Positions 19,403-28,690 of a stretch of DNA of 50,585 nt are shown here, in pieces. This DNA is from Gammaproteobacteria bacterium (lineage in GTDB: Bacteria; Pseudomonadota; Gammaproteobacteria; Steroidobacterales; Steroidobacteraceae). The first letter of the stretch is position 1. Every line of letters starts with the position of its first letter. The DNA lies in contig PMMB01000273.1 in NCBI GenBank assembly GCA_003165495.1, positions 1 through 50,585 of the forward strand, given 5' to 3'. A model generated the notes under the pieces. That model saw nothing but the letters and a program-made list of their open reading frames with translations. It had not been told where the DNA came from and made no database searches. Both the position numbers and the translations under genes were made by a program.

Positions 19403-19987
19403 TTAACGAGCTTTTCTCGCGTATTGGCCGATGCGCTCCAACCACCGAATGTGATGTTCGGTTGACGCGACGCCGACCATGCCGATGACAGAGCTGCGTA
19501 TCGGACCCATACCGCAAAATGAAAGCACATTGCGCTTCAGGCACTTAAGACTATGCGCACGGTAATACCAACGATAGGCGAGAGCGGGCATCCCCATAGT
19601 CACGATAACGCGTACCGACTTGCTGCGAAGCCGCTTCTTAGTTACACCGTGATCCGGCATTTCAAGCACAAAGCGGGGCCGAAGGACCTGCTCTAACAGA
19701 CCTTTTAATAGGGCGGGCATGGACCCCAACCACAATGGAAAGACGACAACTAGATGGTCGCACCAAGCTAAATCGTCTTGAATCCTCGCAACCGTCTCGC
19801 AGGTGGCAATTGATTCGTATTCGGATTTCGTGCGTAACGCGGGAAACGTAAGATTTGCCAGGATAACGGTGCGAACCTCATGGCCGACGCTCATCGCCTC
19901 CTTGGCGTAAGCAGCGGCAAGGGCGTGAACGTACCGCTGCGGCGCTGGGTCTGGATGTCCATCGATAATCAGTACGCGTCTGTTCAT
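19403..19987 (-). CDS. NAD(P)H dehydrogenase (quinone)-like flavodoxin-fold protein (Flavodoxin_2/KefG-like)
   Basis: MNRRVLIIDGHPDP start and FPLWLGSMPALLKGLLEQV motif. Confidence 0.75.
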   Translation of the reverse strand: MNRRVLIIDGHPDPAPQRYVHALAAAYAKEAMSVGHEVRTVILANLTFPALRTKSEYESIATCETVARIQDDLAWCDHLVVVFPLWLGSMPALLKGLLEQVLRPRFVLEMPDHGVTKKRLRSKSVRVIVTMGMPALAYRWYYRAHSLKCLKRNVLSFCGMGPIRSSVIGMVGVASTEHHIRWLERIGQYARKAR

Positions 19988-20521
19988 GGAAGCCCATCAT
20001 CGTGGACCTATTGTCGCGGCACATCGGGGGATTCCCAATTGATTTAGGGGATATTCACGAGGTGCTAGAACTGCAAATGGTCTCCTATTGAAGTACCATC
20101 AACGTGGTCGTCTTAACGACTTACTGTCGGGTGCGTCCCTGCGAAGCGACGCAAATAACTAGAGTTCGAGATACAGCTCTACGGGTGGCTGCTTGCGCTC
20201 CCAATACCAGGTTGGTGGCTCGCCTCCGAGGAGCGCATGCCAGCACATCTGTTTGGAATCCCCACACTGCCGCCGTGGTATTACCAAGAGTCGGCATAAC
20301 AATCGACCGCCATTTAAATGAGCGGAGCGCGTTTTATTACGGAGCAAGCTGGTGATCTCGGTCCATAGACACCTTGACAGCCTCGACAACACCAGTTCTG
20401 TGGTCCGCAATCCGCCCTTCGTCGACTACAAGTACATAGGGGATTTGCACGCAACGTTTCGGTATCACCGTATTGGCAGTTGAGCACGGCTTGCGTCCAA
20501 TGTGAGTGAGGGTCCTTGAAA

Positions 20522-21280
20522 ATGACAAAGATCGACTTTGAGAATGGCCGTGCAGAAATGGTTGACCGTTATATCGCGCATCGCGGCGTACGGTCGGCGC
20601 TGGTTCTTGCAGCCATGCGCAGCGTGCCTCGCGAAAGGTTTCTGCCGGAGGATCTGAGGGAATTTGCCTACGAGGATGCACCCCTTCCCATTGCCGAAGG
20701 GCAGACGATTTCCCAGCCGTATATCGTCGCCATGATGACCGAAGCGTTGGAACTTGCGGGCGGCGAGAAGGTGTTGGAGATCGGCACAGGGTCTGGTTAT
20801 GCCGCGGCGGTACTATCAGGAATTGCGAAGGATGTTTACACGGTCGAGCGCATTGGTCAGCTAGCAGAGAAATCGGCCGCGACACTGGCAAGGCTGGGCT
20901 ATGGGAACGTCCACGTGCTGCACGGCGACGGAACGCGCGGCTGGCCCGATCATGCTCCCTACGATGCCATCATCGTCGCGGCCGGCGGACCTCAAGTCCC
21001 TGAATCCCTGAAGGCGCAACTCAAAATCGGCGGTCGTCTGGTGATCCCGGTCGGAGCGGATCGGAGCTTGCAGGAGTTAGTGCGCGTAACGCGTGTAGCG
21101 GAGGACGAATACGCCACGACGGAGCTCGCGGATGTGCGATTCGTTCCTTTGGTGGGTGCGGAAGGCTGGATCGCGCACGAGCGAAGAATCAGCGACACAC
21201 CAGCGCCCGCTCCACCGTGCAAGAGTGCGCGCGCCTGGCGCGCGACGCAGGTGTCACCTGGCCGCTGTCGCCGGCAATAG
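20522..21280 (+). CDS. pcm: Protein-L-isoaspartate O-methyltransferase
   Basis: VPRERFLPE, GQTISQPYIVAMMTE, VLEIGTGSGYAAAVL and VRFVPLV motifs. It carries a C-terminal extension of about 35 aa. Confidence 0.9.
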   Translation: MTKIDFENGRAEMVDRYIAHRGVRSALVLAAMRSVPRERFLPEDLREFAYEDAPLPIAEGQTISQPYIVAMMTEALELAGGEKVLEIGTGSGYAAAVLSGIAKDVYTVERIGQLAEKSAATLARLGYGNVHVLHGDGTRGWPDHAPYDAIIVAAGGPQVPESLKAQLKIGGRLVIPVGADRSLQELVRVTRVAEDEYATTELADVRFVPLVGAEGWIAHERRISDTPAPAPPCKSARAWRATQVSPGRCRRQ

Positions 21281-21662
21281 ACGAAGCGGCGCCGCACCGG
21301 AGGCTGTACAAGCGTGTAGTGCCCCTGTCGCGAGCACCGCGACCGGATTTCGCCTGTCGTCACGCGGAGCCTCGTTCATTACCGCGTCACCACCGGCCCG
21401 GCACCATCCGGAACGATGGCCCCTCATGACCGGAATACGCAGGCCAGGCTTGGTGTGCGAGGAGGCAATCTCTTCACGCATATCACGAATCCGGTTTTTG
21501 CAGGTCAGCCATTTACCATGGCTGCAATGCCGGACCCTGCACCCAAATTCGCATTGCGAGAGATCAGAGGGCACTGCCGCGATAAAGGGCCCCGTCCATA
21601 CGCTTTTGAACCATCTGAATCGCATTCCTATCGGGCAATGGGGTGCTTGCGAAATCTCGGTC

Positions 21663-22400
21663 TCAGGTATGTGGCAGACCAAGATAGCCCGTGGGAAAAG
21701 GCATCAGGCGATCGGTTTCCTTCCTTACCACGGTGTAACACTCGCAGCAGAGCTTCTCCAGGGTGGGCCGGTCCAGCACCGTGATCTGGCCGCGGACATA
21801 TTCGATCGCACCCTGCTTCTGCAACTTGCCGGCGGCCTCGGTGATGCCTTCGCGGCGCACACCGAGCATGTTAGCCATCAGTTCCTGAGTCATCGTCAGT
21901 CGGTTGCTCGGCAGGCGGTCCAGACAAAGCAGGAGCCAGCGACACAGCTGTTGGTCAATCGAGTGGTGCCGGTTGCAGACCGCCGTCTGTGTCATCTGAG
22001 TGATCAAGACTTGCGTGTAGCGCAGCAACAGGATTTGCATTTCGCCGTGGCGATGGAGCTCATCCTTGAACTGCTGGCCCAGCAGCCGGTAGGCGCAGCC
22101 GGCGCTCTGCACAACCGCCTCACTCGAAGTGCTTTCGCCGCCCATGAACAATGCGACTCCGATAAAGCCCTCGTTGCCCACCACTGAGACTTCCGCCGAT
22201 GCGCCATTTTCCATCCGATACAGCAGCGAGACGATGGAGTCGATAGGAAAATAAACGTAACGTAGAATATCTCCGGATTCATACAAGACCTTGCCGAACG
22301 GCAACTCCACCAACTCGAGATGTGGGACTAGACGGTTCTGCACGTCGGCTGGCAACGCAGCCAGAAGATGGTTTTGCTGCGGCTTATGTTCCTCGGTCAT
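21663..22400 (-). CDS. Crp/Fnr-family transcriptional regulator (paralog 1)
   Basis: cNMP-binding-like beta-barrel followed by an HTH (LTMTQELMANMLGVRREGITEAAGKLQKQGAIEY). C-terminal CCECY motif. Confidence 0.9.
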   Translation of the reverse strand: MTEEHKPQQNHLLAALPADVQNRLVPHLELVELPFGKVLYESGDILRYVYFPIDSIVSLLYRMENGASAEVSVVGNEGFIGVALFMGGESTSSEAVVQSAGCAYRLLGQQFKDELHRHGEMQILLLRYTQVLITQMTQTAVCNRHHSIDQQLCRWLLLCLDRLPSNRLTMTQELMANMLGVRREGITEAAGKLQKQGAIEYVRGQITVLDRPTLEKLCCECYTVVRKETDRLMPFPTGYLGLPHT

Positions 22401-22579
22401 AGGTGATCTGCACTCAAACCGTAAAGGGGTCCGTCGGATATTTATGCCAAGACTTCGTCATCTGTCGCCTCGTCCACGTTTCTCTAGTACCGCGCGCGCT
22501 TAATCTTCGTGCGACTTCAATCGATTCCGACGCGAGATCAGCCGACGGCAGACCGACCCACATCTCTGATGCCCAGCTG

Positions 22580-23242
22580 TTATTTCCCCGCTCCATCGAG
22601 ACGGTTGGTATCGAGCAACGCTTCTGAATTGCCGAGACGCGAGATGTAATCAGCGAGTGCGTCTTTTTCCTGAGGCCGCATACCCCGAAGTGCACTCGTC
22701 ATTTCGGGCGGTGCGAGGTCCTTATGCAGACCCGCCGCCGCCTCGATCTGTCGTCTCAAATAGGGATAATGTTGTCCGGCTATGCGTGGTGCTCGGTTGC
22801 CATGCTCACCTCGGCCATCGATACCGTGACAAGCGGCGCAGATGTGCGCGTACAGCTCTTGTCCTATACGGAGGTGCTCGCCCGAGCCACTCACAGGATT
22901 AGGGTTCGCATCCAGACCCGCAAGATAGTTAGCCAGCGCGACGATGTTATCTTGATTGCTGAACGTCGAATGCGCCGCCACGACTTGCATTGCCGTATCT
23001 ACACGCGCTCCCGATCGGAACACCGCCAGCTGTTTTTCCAAATAACGCTCTTGCTGGCCGGCAAGGCTCGGGATGTCACCATCCGGCGAGCCCCAGGCGT
23101 TGGGTTGATGGCAGACCACGCAAGGAGCATAGAGCCGGTATCCGTTCGAAGGCGCGGGTGCCGCGTGCGCTACACCCCAGACTGCTAAAGTCAGCGCAGC
23201 CTGAAATAACCGAGCCCGAACTTGTGGATATAGGCTTTGCAC
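22580..23242 (-). CDS. Diheme c-type cytochrome (c4-like), copy 1
   Basis: Signal peptide and two CXXCH motifs (CVVCH, CAACH). Paralog of 41687-42415. Confidence 0.85.
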   Translation of the reverse strand: MQSLYPQVRARLFQAALTLAVWGVAHAAPAPSNGYRLYAPCVVCHQPNAWGSPDGDIPSLAGQQERYLEKQLAVFRSGARVDTAMQVVAAHSTFSNQDNIVALANYLAGLDANPNPVSGSGEHLRIGQELYAHICAACHGIDGRGEHGNRAPRIAGQHYPYLRRQIEAAAGLHKDLAPPEMTSALRGMRPQEKDALADYISRLGNSEALLDTNRLDGAGK

Positions 23243-23465
23243 AGAAACAGCTTAACCGTACCACTAGTTACTGCACTCAGGGGAACTACCTATCGAGTCG
23301 TCCGAAATTTCGGACATCCTGCGGAACCAGCGTATCGACAGGTCGCCGCTTGAGCGAATGTTGTCGGGGTATTTGGACAGTTGATTGGGGCCAGCCCGCA
23401 CCTTCTAGGCAGTGCGACCGATCAGAAATAAGCCGACTGAGTCGAAGTCGAATCCGCGCTATCAA

Positions 23466-23489
23466 CCTATGTACGGTATAGTACATAGG
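23466..23489. promoter_or_regulatory. Perfect 9-6-9 inverted repeat CCTATGTAC-GGTATA-GTACATAGG (core TGTAC-N6-GTACA), candidate Crp-family operator
   Basis: Read directly from the sequence. It lies in the divergent intergenic region between cytochrome c (start 23242, minus) and Crp paralog 2 (start about 23568, plus). The geometry matches the CRP site TGTGA-N6-TCACA. Confidence 0.5.
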
Positions 23490-23567
23490 AGTTACGCATG
23501 TTCACGTATCCAAGCAGACCCAACACTCGACTATTGTGGGAGCCACTTCGCTGTAAGAGAAAATTCG

Positions 23568-24419
23568 GTGTCCGCAAACTTCACCTCCACGCCTCAAAAC
23601 ACGCTGCTAGCGACGCTTCCAGCGACGGAATGGGGCCGGGCGGGGCAGCATTTCAAACCGATTTTCATGCCGCTCGGCGCCGTGCTCTATGAGCCCGCGA
23701 CGGCCGTTAATCATATATATTTTCCGACGACATCGGTCACTTCTATCTCGTGCGTGATGAACGACGGTCGGGCGGACGCACTTACCCTCATAGGCCGGGA
23801 AGGCTTCGTGGGTGTCGAGCTCTTGCTGGGCAGCGGCTCGGCGCCGTGCCGTGCCGTGGTACTGAGCGAGGGCTGGGCGTATCGAATCAAGCGCGAATTT
23901 CTCAACGAGGAGTGCGAGCGGGGCGGCTCGATGCGCAGTGTATTGCTGCGATATGCGCAGTCTTACATCACGCAAGTGACGCAAACAACCGTGTGCAATC
24001 AGCACCACTCCATCGATCAACAATTGTGTCGTTGGCTGCTCATGTTTTTAGATTGCCAGGCATCGAACGAATTGCCCTTGACCCACGAACACATCGCCGA
24101 GCTAATGGGTGTCCGCCGCGCAAGCGTGACGGAGGCGGCCCGCAGGCTTAAGATCGCCAGATACATCCGCTACCACCGCGGCCACTTTTTCGTGGTCGAT
24201 CGCACGGGTCTGGAAGCCCGGTCATGCGAATGCTATGGGATTGCCAAGCGGGAAACGGAGCGTCTCCTGCAGATGTCTCAACAAACTGTCAAGGAGCGGC
24301 AACTCCGCCAGCTGTCGACCGAGTCAACACCGGGCGTTCAGGGCCCTCCGGGGCGCACGCGTCGCCAAATTTTGCCTAAAGGAGAGGTACCATGCTGTGA
24401 CTCGCCCGTTGGTTGCTGA
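23568..24419 (+). CDS. Crp/Fnr-family transcriptional regulator (paralog 2)
   Basis: Aligns to paralog 1 from QNTLLATLPA. HTH is LTHEHIAELMGVRRASVTEAARRLKIARYI, with a C-terminal CECY motif. I picked a GTG start by alignment, and it is uncertain. There is a tail of about 50 aa beyond the family end. Confidence 0.8.
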   Translation: MSANFTSTPQNTLLATLPATEWGRAGQHFKPIFMPLGAVLYEPATAVNHIYFPTTSVTSISCVMNDGRADALTLIGREGFVGVELLLGSGSAPCRAVVLSEGWAYRIKREFLNEECERGGSMRSVLLRYAQSYITQVTQTTVCNQHHSIDQQLCRWLLMFLDCQASNELPLTHEHIAELMGVRRASVTEAARRLKIARYIRYHRGHFFVVDRTGLEARSCECYGIAKRETERLLQMSQQTVKERQLRQLSTESTPGVQGPPGRTRRQILPKGEVPCCDSPVGC

Positions 24420-24652
24420 TGACGCGCGACCGCGTCGGATCGGACGAGTTCTCTTTAACCCATGTATTCTTGGCGCACATGCTGGGGTTGCGGCGGGTGC
24501 GCGCCACTCAGGCGGCCAGCGCCCTAAAGCAACGCAACCTCATTAACTATCACCGCAGAAAAATCCAGATCCTAGATGTAAAACGACTCGAAGCGGCTTC
24601 TTGCTCGTGCTACCAGATTATAAAATCGGTGTTCGAGCGCGCGCAGAGCTAA
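24401..24652 (+). pseudogene. C-terminal (winged-HTH) fragment of a fourth Crp/Fnr-family gene; possibly still expressed as a 77-aa stand-alone domain
   Basis: LARWLLMTRDRVGSDEFSLTHVFLAHMLGLRRVRATQAASALKQRNLINY..CSCY aligns to LCRWLLMFLDCQASNELPLTHEHIAELMG of paralog 2. No cNMP-binding domain lies upstream. It is preceded by GGAGAGG, then ATG-CTG-TGA. Confidence 0.6.
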
Positions 24653-25104
24653 CCGAATTCGGGCGATTCGTAGAAGGTGACCCGAGGGTCGCATCGTACG
24701 TCAATCCAGGCCGATCGAGGCGCCGATTGAGTGGCAAAAGCAGAGACACTTCCATCCGCTTGCGCTTTTTGGCTATTCGAGGCGGCCCGTAATTTGGTGT
24801 TTGATGATGTTCATTACTTTGTCCTAAGTGACAGAGACCGGCAGCCGGCGCGCTCAATGCAATGACGGCGACCGATTTTGATGAGCACTGTGATGAGATG
24901 CGATTGCATGTCCATCTTCTATAAGAGGGGCGCTGTGTTGATCCACTCTCTAACGCGACTTTAACCTAGGTCCGCTTTACACAGAGAACGGCTTCGACGC
25001 GAGCGCGGATACGCGAGGATTGATCGCATACCTATGGAACAGGCGGTAGCGTTGTCACCACGCTCCAATCACTTATTAATCTAAGTAGATTCCACCACGT
25101 GGTA

Positions 25105-25120
25105 TGTGCGGTATCGTACA
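25105..25120. promoter_or_regulatory. TGTGC-GGTATC-GTACA, second copy of the TGTAC-N6-GTACA-type motif
   Basis: Read from the sequence, about 70 bp upstream of the small ORF/SYLF operon. It shares the GGTAT spacer with the 23466-23489 site. Confidence 0.4.
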
Positions 25121-25182
25121 AACGGCGATTTGTCTTCATGATCCAATGTCCACGTCGGAATCATCAATAAAGAGAGAATCCC

Positions 25183-25257
25183 ATGTATATCGGTGGCGGC
25201 TTACTCGGACTAATCCTGATCATTGCCTTGATCTTCTTCTTGGTGCGTAGAGCCTGA
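25183..25257 (+). CDS. Candidate 24-aa single-pass membrane peptide (MYIGGGLLGLILIIALIFFLVRRA)
   Basis: Below the ORF-track size cut-off. ATG preceded by AAAGAGAGAA. It has a hydrophobic helix and a basic C-terminus, and lies 38 nt upstream of the SYLF gene on the same strand. Confidence 0.35.
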   Translation: MYIGGGLLGLILIIALIFFLVRRA

Positions 25258-25301
25258 GTTCTCTCCGCACCGAGTTCAAACAATTTCTCTGGAGATTGAT
25301 T

Positions 25302-25856
25302 ATGCACATGAAATCACTAACGGCCGCCGCTGTACTGGCGGTTGTCGGTCTACTCGCAGGCGCGGCCACTTGGGCTCATACTAAGGCCGAGATCGATCGG
25401 AGCGCGGACCGAGCGCTGAAGCACTTCTATACGCTCAACCCCAGCCACCGGCAGCTGGTCGGCAAAGCGGCCGGCGTATTGATCTTTGGGCACGTGACGA
25501 AGGGCGGCGTTGGCGTCGGCGGCGAGTACGGTGAAGGGGTCCTTCGCGTCCGGGGCCGGCCGGTCGATTACTACAGCGTCGCGTCCGCCTCCGTTGGGCT
25601 CACGCTCGGCGTAGCATCGCATCGAGAAATCATCCTGTTTATGACAGAAGGCGCGCTCGATCACTTCGCCAAGAGCGATGGATGGTCTGCAGGCGGGGAT
25701 TCCGCCATCGCCGTTGTGTCACAGGGTGCGGGTAGTCAATACGACACCACCACTCTGGGAAAGCCCATCCTCGGATTCGTCTTCAGTGAAAAAGGTCTGA
25801 TCGGCGATTTATCGCTCGAAGGAACTAAAGTCACGAAGATCAAGACCACGGATTGA
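25302..25856 (+). CDS. Secreted SYLF (Ysc84/DUF500) lipid-binding domain protein
   Basis: Signal peptide (MKSLTAAAVLAVVGLLAGAATWA) and the SYLF core GGVGVGGEYGEGVL..SASVGLTLG..GGDSAIAV. Confidence 0.75.
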   Translation: MHMKSLTAAAVLAVVGLLAGAATWAHTKAEIDRSADRALKHFYTLNPSHRQLVGKAAGVLIFGHVTKGGVGVGGEYGEGVLRVRGRPVDYYSVASASVGLTLGVASHREIILFMTEGALDHFAKSDGWSAGGDSAIAVVSQGAGSQYDTTTLGKPILGFVFSEKGLIGDLSLEGTKVTKIKTTD

Positions 25857-25924
25857 CATTTGTCCATCGGGGCGCGGCGTGGCGCCCCGCCGGAGTGGGA
25901 TCTTGCATATTAGGGGACGGGAAC

Positions 25925-26269
25925 ATGCTGATTGATCAAATTGATGAACGATGGCAGCGACATCTTATCGCCAGACTTCATTTGGAGCCGCTATTCAAAT
26001 CGGAGCACTTGGATGGCGTGGACGGACGTGACGTGGCGCACGGGCATCCGCTCATGCATCGCCCAAGCCAGAGCGAAGTTGATAACAGCGCTCAACTTAT
26101 AGCTCTTCTAAAAGGATTGGGCGTCGGCGCTGACGTGGTCGAGGCGTCTATCAAGCGCAATGATGCCTCTATCACGCGCGCCACAGCAATCATCGCCGAG
26201 TGGATGACCTATTTGCCTGAGGACTGTGTCAAGGCGATGGCCAACGACGGTTGGCATTGGACGACTTAG
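25925..26269 (+). CDS. Conserved 114-aa hypothetical protein, paralog A (C-terminal WMTYLPEDCVKAMANDGWHWTT)
   Basis: Exactly the same length as the product of 32191-32535. It shares the N-terminal LHL-x-PLFKS motif and a near-identical C-terminal 25 residues. I recognise no family. Confidence 0.7.
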   Translation: MLIDQIDERWQRHLIARLHLEPLFKSEHLDGVDGRDVAHGHPLMHRPSQSEVDNSAQLIALLKGLGVGADVVEASIKRNDASITRATAIIAEWMTYLPEDCVKAMANDGWHWTT

Positions 26270-26286
26270 TTGCACGGTCTGAAACG

Positions 26287-28551
26287 ATGAATCCGAGAGC
26301 ATTCGACGAGATACACAATATCCTGCTGATCCAAGGGGACGGTCAGGATGCCCAAAGCGTTCGCGATGCACTCGCCAACAGTTCCGACCGGGCTTTTCGA
26401 GTTGAGTGGGTGAAGTCGTGCGCTCTGGGTCTCGAGCGACTGGCCGCCCAGCCTCTCCACGATCGGGACGGTCCAAATGCGATTTCGGCAATCCTGGTGG
26501 ATTTGATGTTACCGGACCTTGCCGGCTTGGGAAGCGTCGATCGTCTGGTCACCGCCGCGCCGCAGATCCCCATCATCGTACTCTGTTCGATGCAAGATGA
26601 ATTGGTCGCAAAAGAGGCGATCCAGCGCGGCGCGCAGGATTATCTCCTGAAGGAGCATCTCAACAATTACCTCTTGCCGAAGACACTGGCGGGGGTGATC
26701 GAGCGCGCGTCGATTACCGAAGCGTTGTTTGACGAGAGGGAGCGGGCGCAGGTCACGCTCAATTCCATCGGTGATGCCGTTATAAGTACGGACGTCGAGG
26801 GTCGGATTTCTTATATGAACTCCGTCGCCGAGCGCTTGACCGGATGGCCGTTGAAGGAGGCTTCGGGTCGCCCCCTGGAGGAGGTATTCAAGATCATCGA
26901 TGCCGAGATGCGCACGACAATTGCCAATCCCACGGCAAAGGCAACCGAGGAGAATGCCACCGTGGGGCTGCCGCCAACCTGTATCTTGATCCGGCGCGAT
27001 GGAGAGGAGTCGGCCATCGAAGACTCGTTCGCGCCCATTCACAACCGCCGCGGCCACATCACGGGTGCCGTCATGGTGTTCCATGATGTGAGCACGGCCC
27101 GAGCATTGACGCTCAAATTGGCCTATATGGCCCAGCACGATACTCTGACGGATCTGCCCAACAGAAGTCTGTTGAACGATCGCCTTGGCCAGGCGATCGG
27201 AGAGGCGCAGCGGCACCATAGCGCGCTGGCACTTCTCTATCTCGATCTCGATCGCTTCAAGCTCATCAACGACTCGCTCGGTCACTTGGTTGGCGACCAT
27301 CTGCTGCAATCAGTTGCGCTGCGTCTGCGCGAGTGCGTCCGAACGACCGACACCGTGAGCCGCCTCGGCGGCGATGAGTTCGTGATTCTGTTGTCGGAAG
27401 TTGCGCACGAACAAGACGCAGCCCATTGCGCGGATAAATTACTCGAAGCCTTCCGGAATCCTTTCGCGCTGGGCGACCACGAGCTGCATGTCACGGCCAG
27501 CATCGGTATCGTCGTCCATCCGGGCGACGGTACCGCGGTCGAAACATTGCTGCAAAATGCGGATTCCGCTATGTATGAGGCGAAGAAACATGGGCGCAAT
27601 AACTATCAATTCTATCGAGCAGACCTGAACTGGACCGCCGGCGAGCAGCAAGCACTCGAAAACGGCTTGCGACATGCAATCGCTCGACAGGAACTGGAGT
27701 TGTATTATCAACCCATCATGAGCTTGAGCACCGGCGCGATCGACGGCGTCGAGGCATTAGTACGGTGGCAGCATCCCACCTTGGGACTTGTGCTTCCGGA
27801 CCAGTTCATTTCGATTGCCGAGGAATCCGGGTTGATTGTCCCGATTGGCCAATGGGTGCTGCGCGAGGCCTGCCGGCAGGCCAAGGCATGGCATGACGCC
27901 GGCCTTCCGAGACTGCGGCTTGCCGTGAATGTGTCGGCAGTGGAACTGCGCTCGAAGGAGTACGTGGCCGGCGTCGCTGGTATGTTGGCGCAAACCGGCT
28001 TTGATCCGCGGTGTCTCGAATTGGAACTCACAGAGACGTTCCTCATGCAGGACTCCAAGTCCACCGCTGTCGTCTTTGGAGCCATCAAGGAACTCGGCGT
28101 TCAACTGACGCTGGATGATTTCGGAACGGGCTATTCCAGCCTGAGTTACATGAGACGCTTCCCCATCGACACGCTGAAAGTGGATCGGTCGTTCGTGCGC
28201 GATCTCACCATGGATGCGAGTGACGCCAGCGTGGTGAGTGCCGTCATTAATATGGGCAGGAGTCTCAATATGCGAGTCGTTGCGGAAGGCGTCGAGGCGC
28301 TCGACCAACTGGTATTCCTGAAAGAGCATGGCTGCTCCGAGGCGCAAGGTTATTATTTCAGCCGGCCCTTGAAGGCGCCCGATTTTGCCGTCTGGATGAG
28401 CCAAAACAACGTAACCAACGACAGTCGCGCGGTGAATAGAGCGGGAAGAAATTGTAGCGGTACGCGCTCTGTCCGTGCACCTTCTGGTATTCATCCCAGA
28501 GCAGCGTTTCTACCGCCAGTTATTGCACCAAAAATGAGGGGATCCCAGTGA
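26287..28551 (+). CDS. Response-regulator receiver-PAS-GGDEF-EAL protein (c-di-GMP synthesis/degradation)
   Basis: REC domain (ILVDLMLPD, IIVLCS, DYLLK). PAS domain (LNSIGDAVISTDVEGRISYMN). GGDEF domain with an intact RLGGDEF and an RTTD I-site five residues upstream. EAL domain (EALVRW, DDFGTGYSSL, VAEGVE). Confidence 0.9.
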   Translation: MNPRAFDEIHNILLIQGDGQDAQSVRDALANSSDRAFRVEWVKSCALGLERLAAQPLHDRDGPNAISAILVDLMLPDLAGLGSVDRLVTAAPQIPIIVLCSMQDELVAKEAIQRGAQDYLLKEHLNNYLLPKTLAGVIERASITEALFDERERAQVTLNSIGDAVISTDVEGRISYMNSVAERLTGWPLKEASGRPLEEVFKIIDAEMRTTIANPTAKATEENATVGLPPTCILIRRDGEESAIEDSFAPIHNRRGHITGAVMVFHDVSTARALTLKLAYMAQHDTLTDLPNRSLLNDRLGQAIGEAQRHHSALALLYLDLDRFKLINDSLGHLVGDHLLQSVALRLRECVRTTDTVSRLGGDEFVILLSEVAHEQDAAHCADKLLEAFRNPFALGDHELHVTASIGIVVHPGDGTAVETLLQNADSAMYEAKKHGRNNYQFYRADLNWTAGEQQALENGLRHAIARQELELYYQPIMSLSTGAIDGVEALVRWQHPTLGLVLPDQFISIAEESGLIVPIGQWVLREACRQAKAWHDAGLPRLRLAVNVSAVELRSKEYVAGVAGMLAQTGFDPRCLELELTETFLMQDSKSTAVVFGAIKELGVQLTLDDFGTGYSSLSYMRRFPIDTLKVDRSFVRDLTMDASDASVVSAVINMGRSLNMRVVAEGVEALDQLVFLKEHGCSEAQGYYFSRPLKAPDFAVWMSQNNVTNDSRAVNRAGRNCSGTRSVRAPSGIHPRAAFLPPVIAPKMRGSQ

Positions 28552-28633
28552 GGCCGTGATACCGCTCCAACCAGGAGCGCTCAAATATTATCGTTCGACT
28601 TCGTCCCTTGGTTATAGTTACACACGACGATGG

Positions 28634-28658
28634 TCCCCCGTCGGTCGCAGTCGGGGGT
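28634..28658. terminator. GC-rich hairpin between convergent genes (CCCCCG-11 nt loop-CGGGGG followed by TCTTGTT)
   Basis: Read from the sequence, between the stop at 28551 (plus strand) and the stop at 28691 (minus strand). Confidence 0.4.
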
Positions 28659-28690
28659 CTTGTTGGCTCAAAGGCGATGCGCCGGTACGC

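Noticed and set aside
20066-20410. Possible further gene remnants between the NAD(P)H dehydrogenase and pcm. These are an ...HLQF-stop tail resembling the BON C-terminus, and an 83-aa ORF ending EPPTWYWERKQPPVELYLEL.
   Set aside because: Similarity to the BON C-terminus is limited to about 12 nt and 4-5 residues. I cannot assign the 83-aa ORF to any family. The evidence is insufficient without BLASTX.
21132-22187. 351-aa ORF on the plus strand
   Set aside because: It starts inside pcm in another frame, crosses the intergenic region and runs antisense through Crp paralog 1. The Crp and pcm frames have clear family motifs and this one has none.
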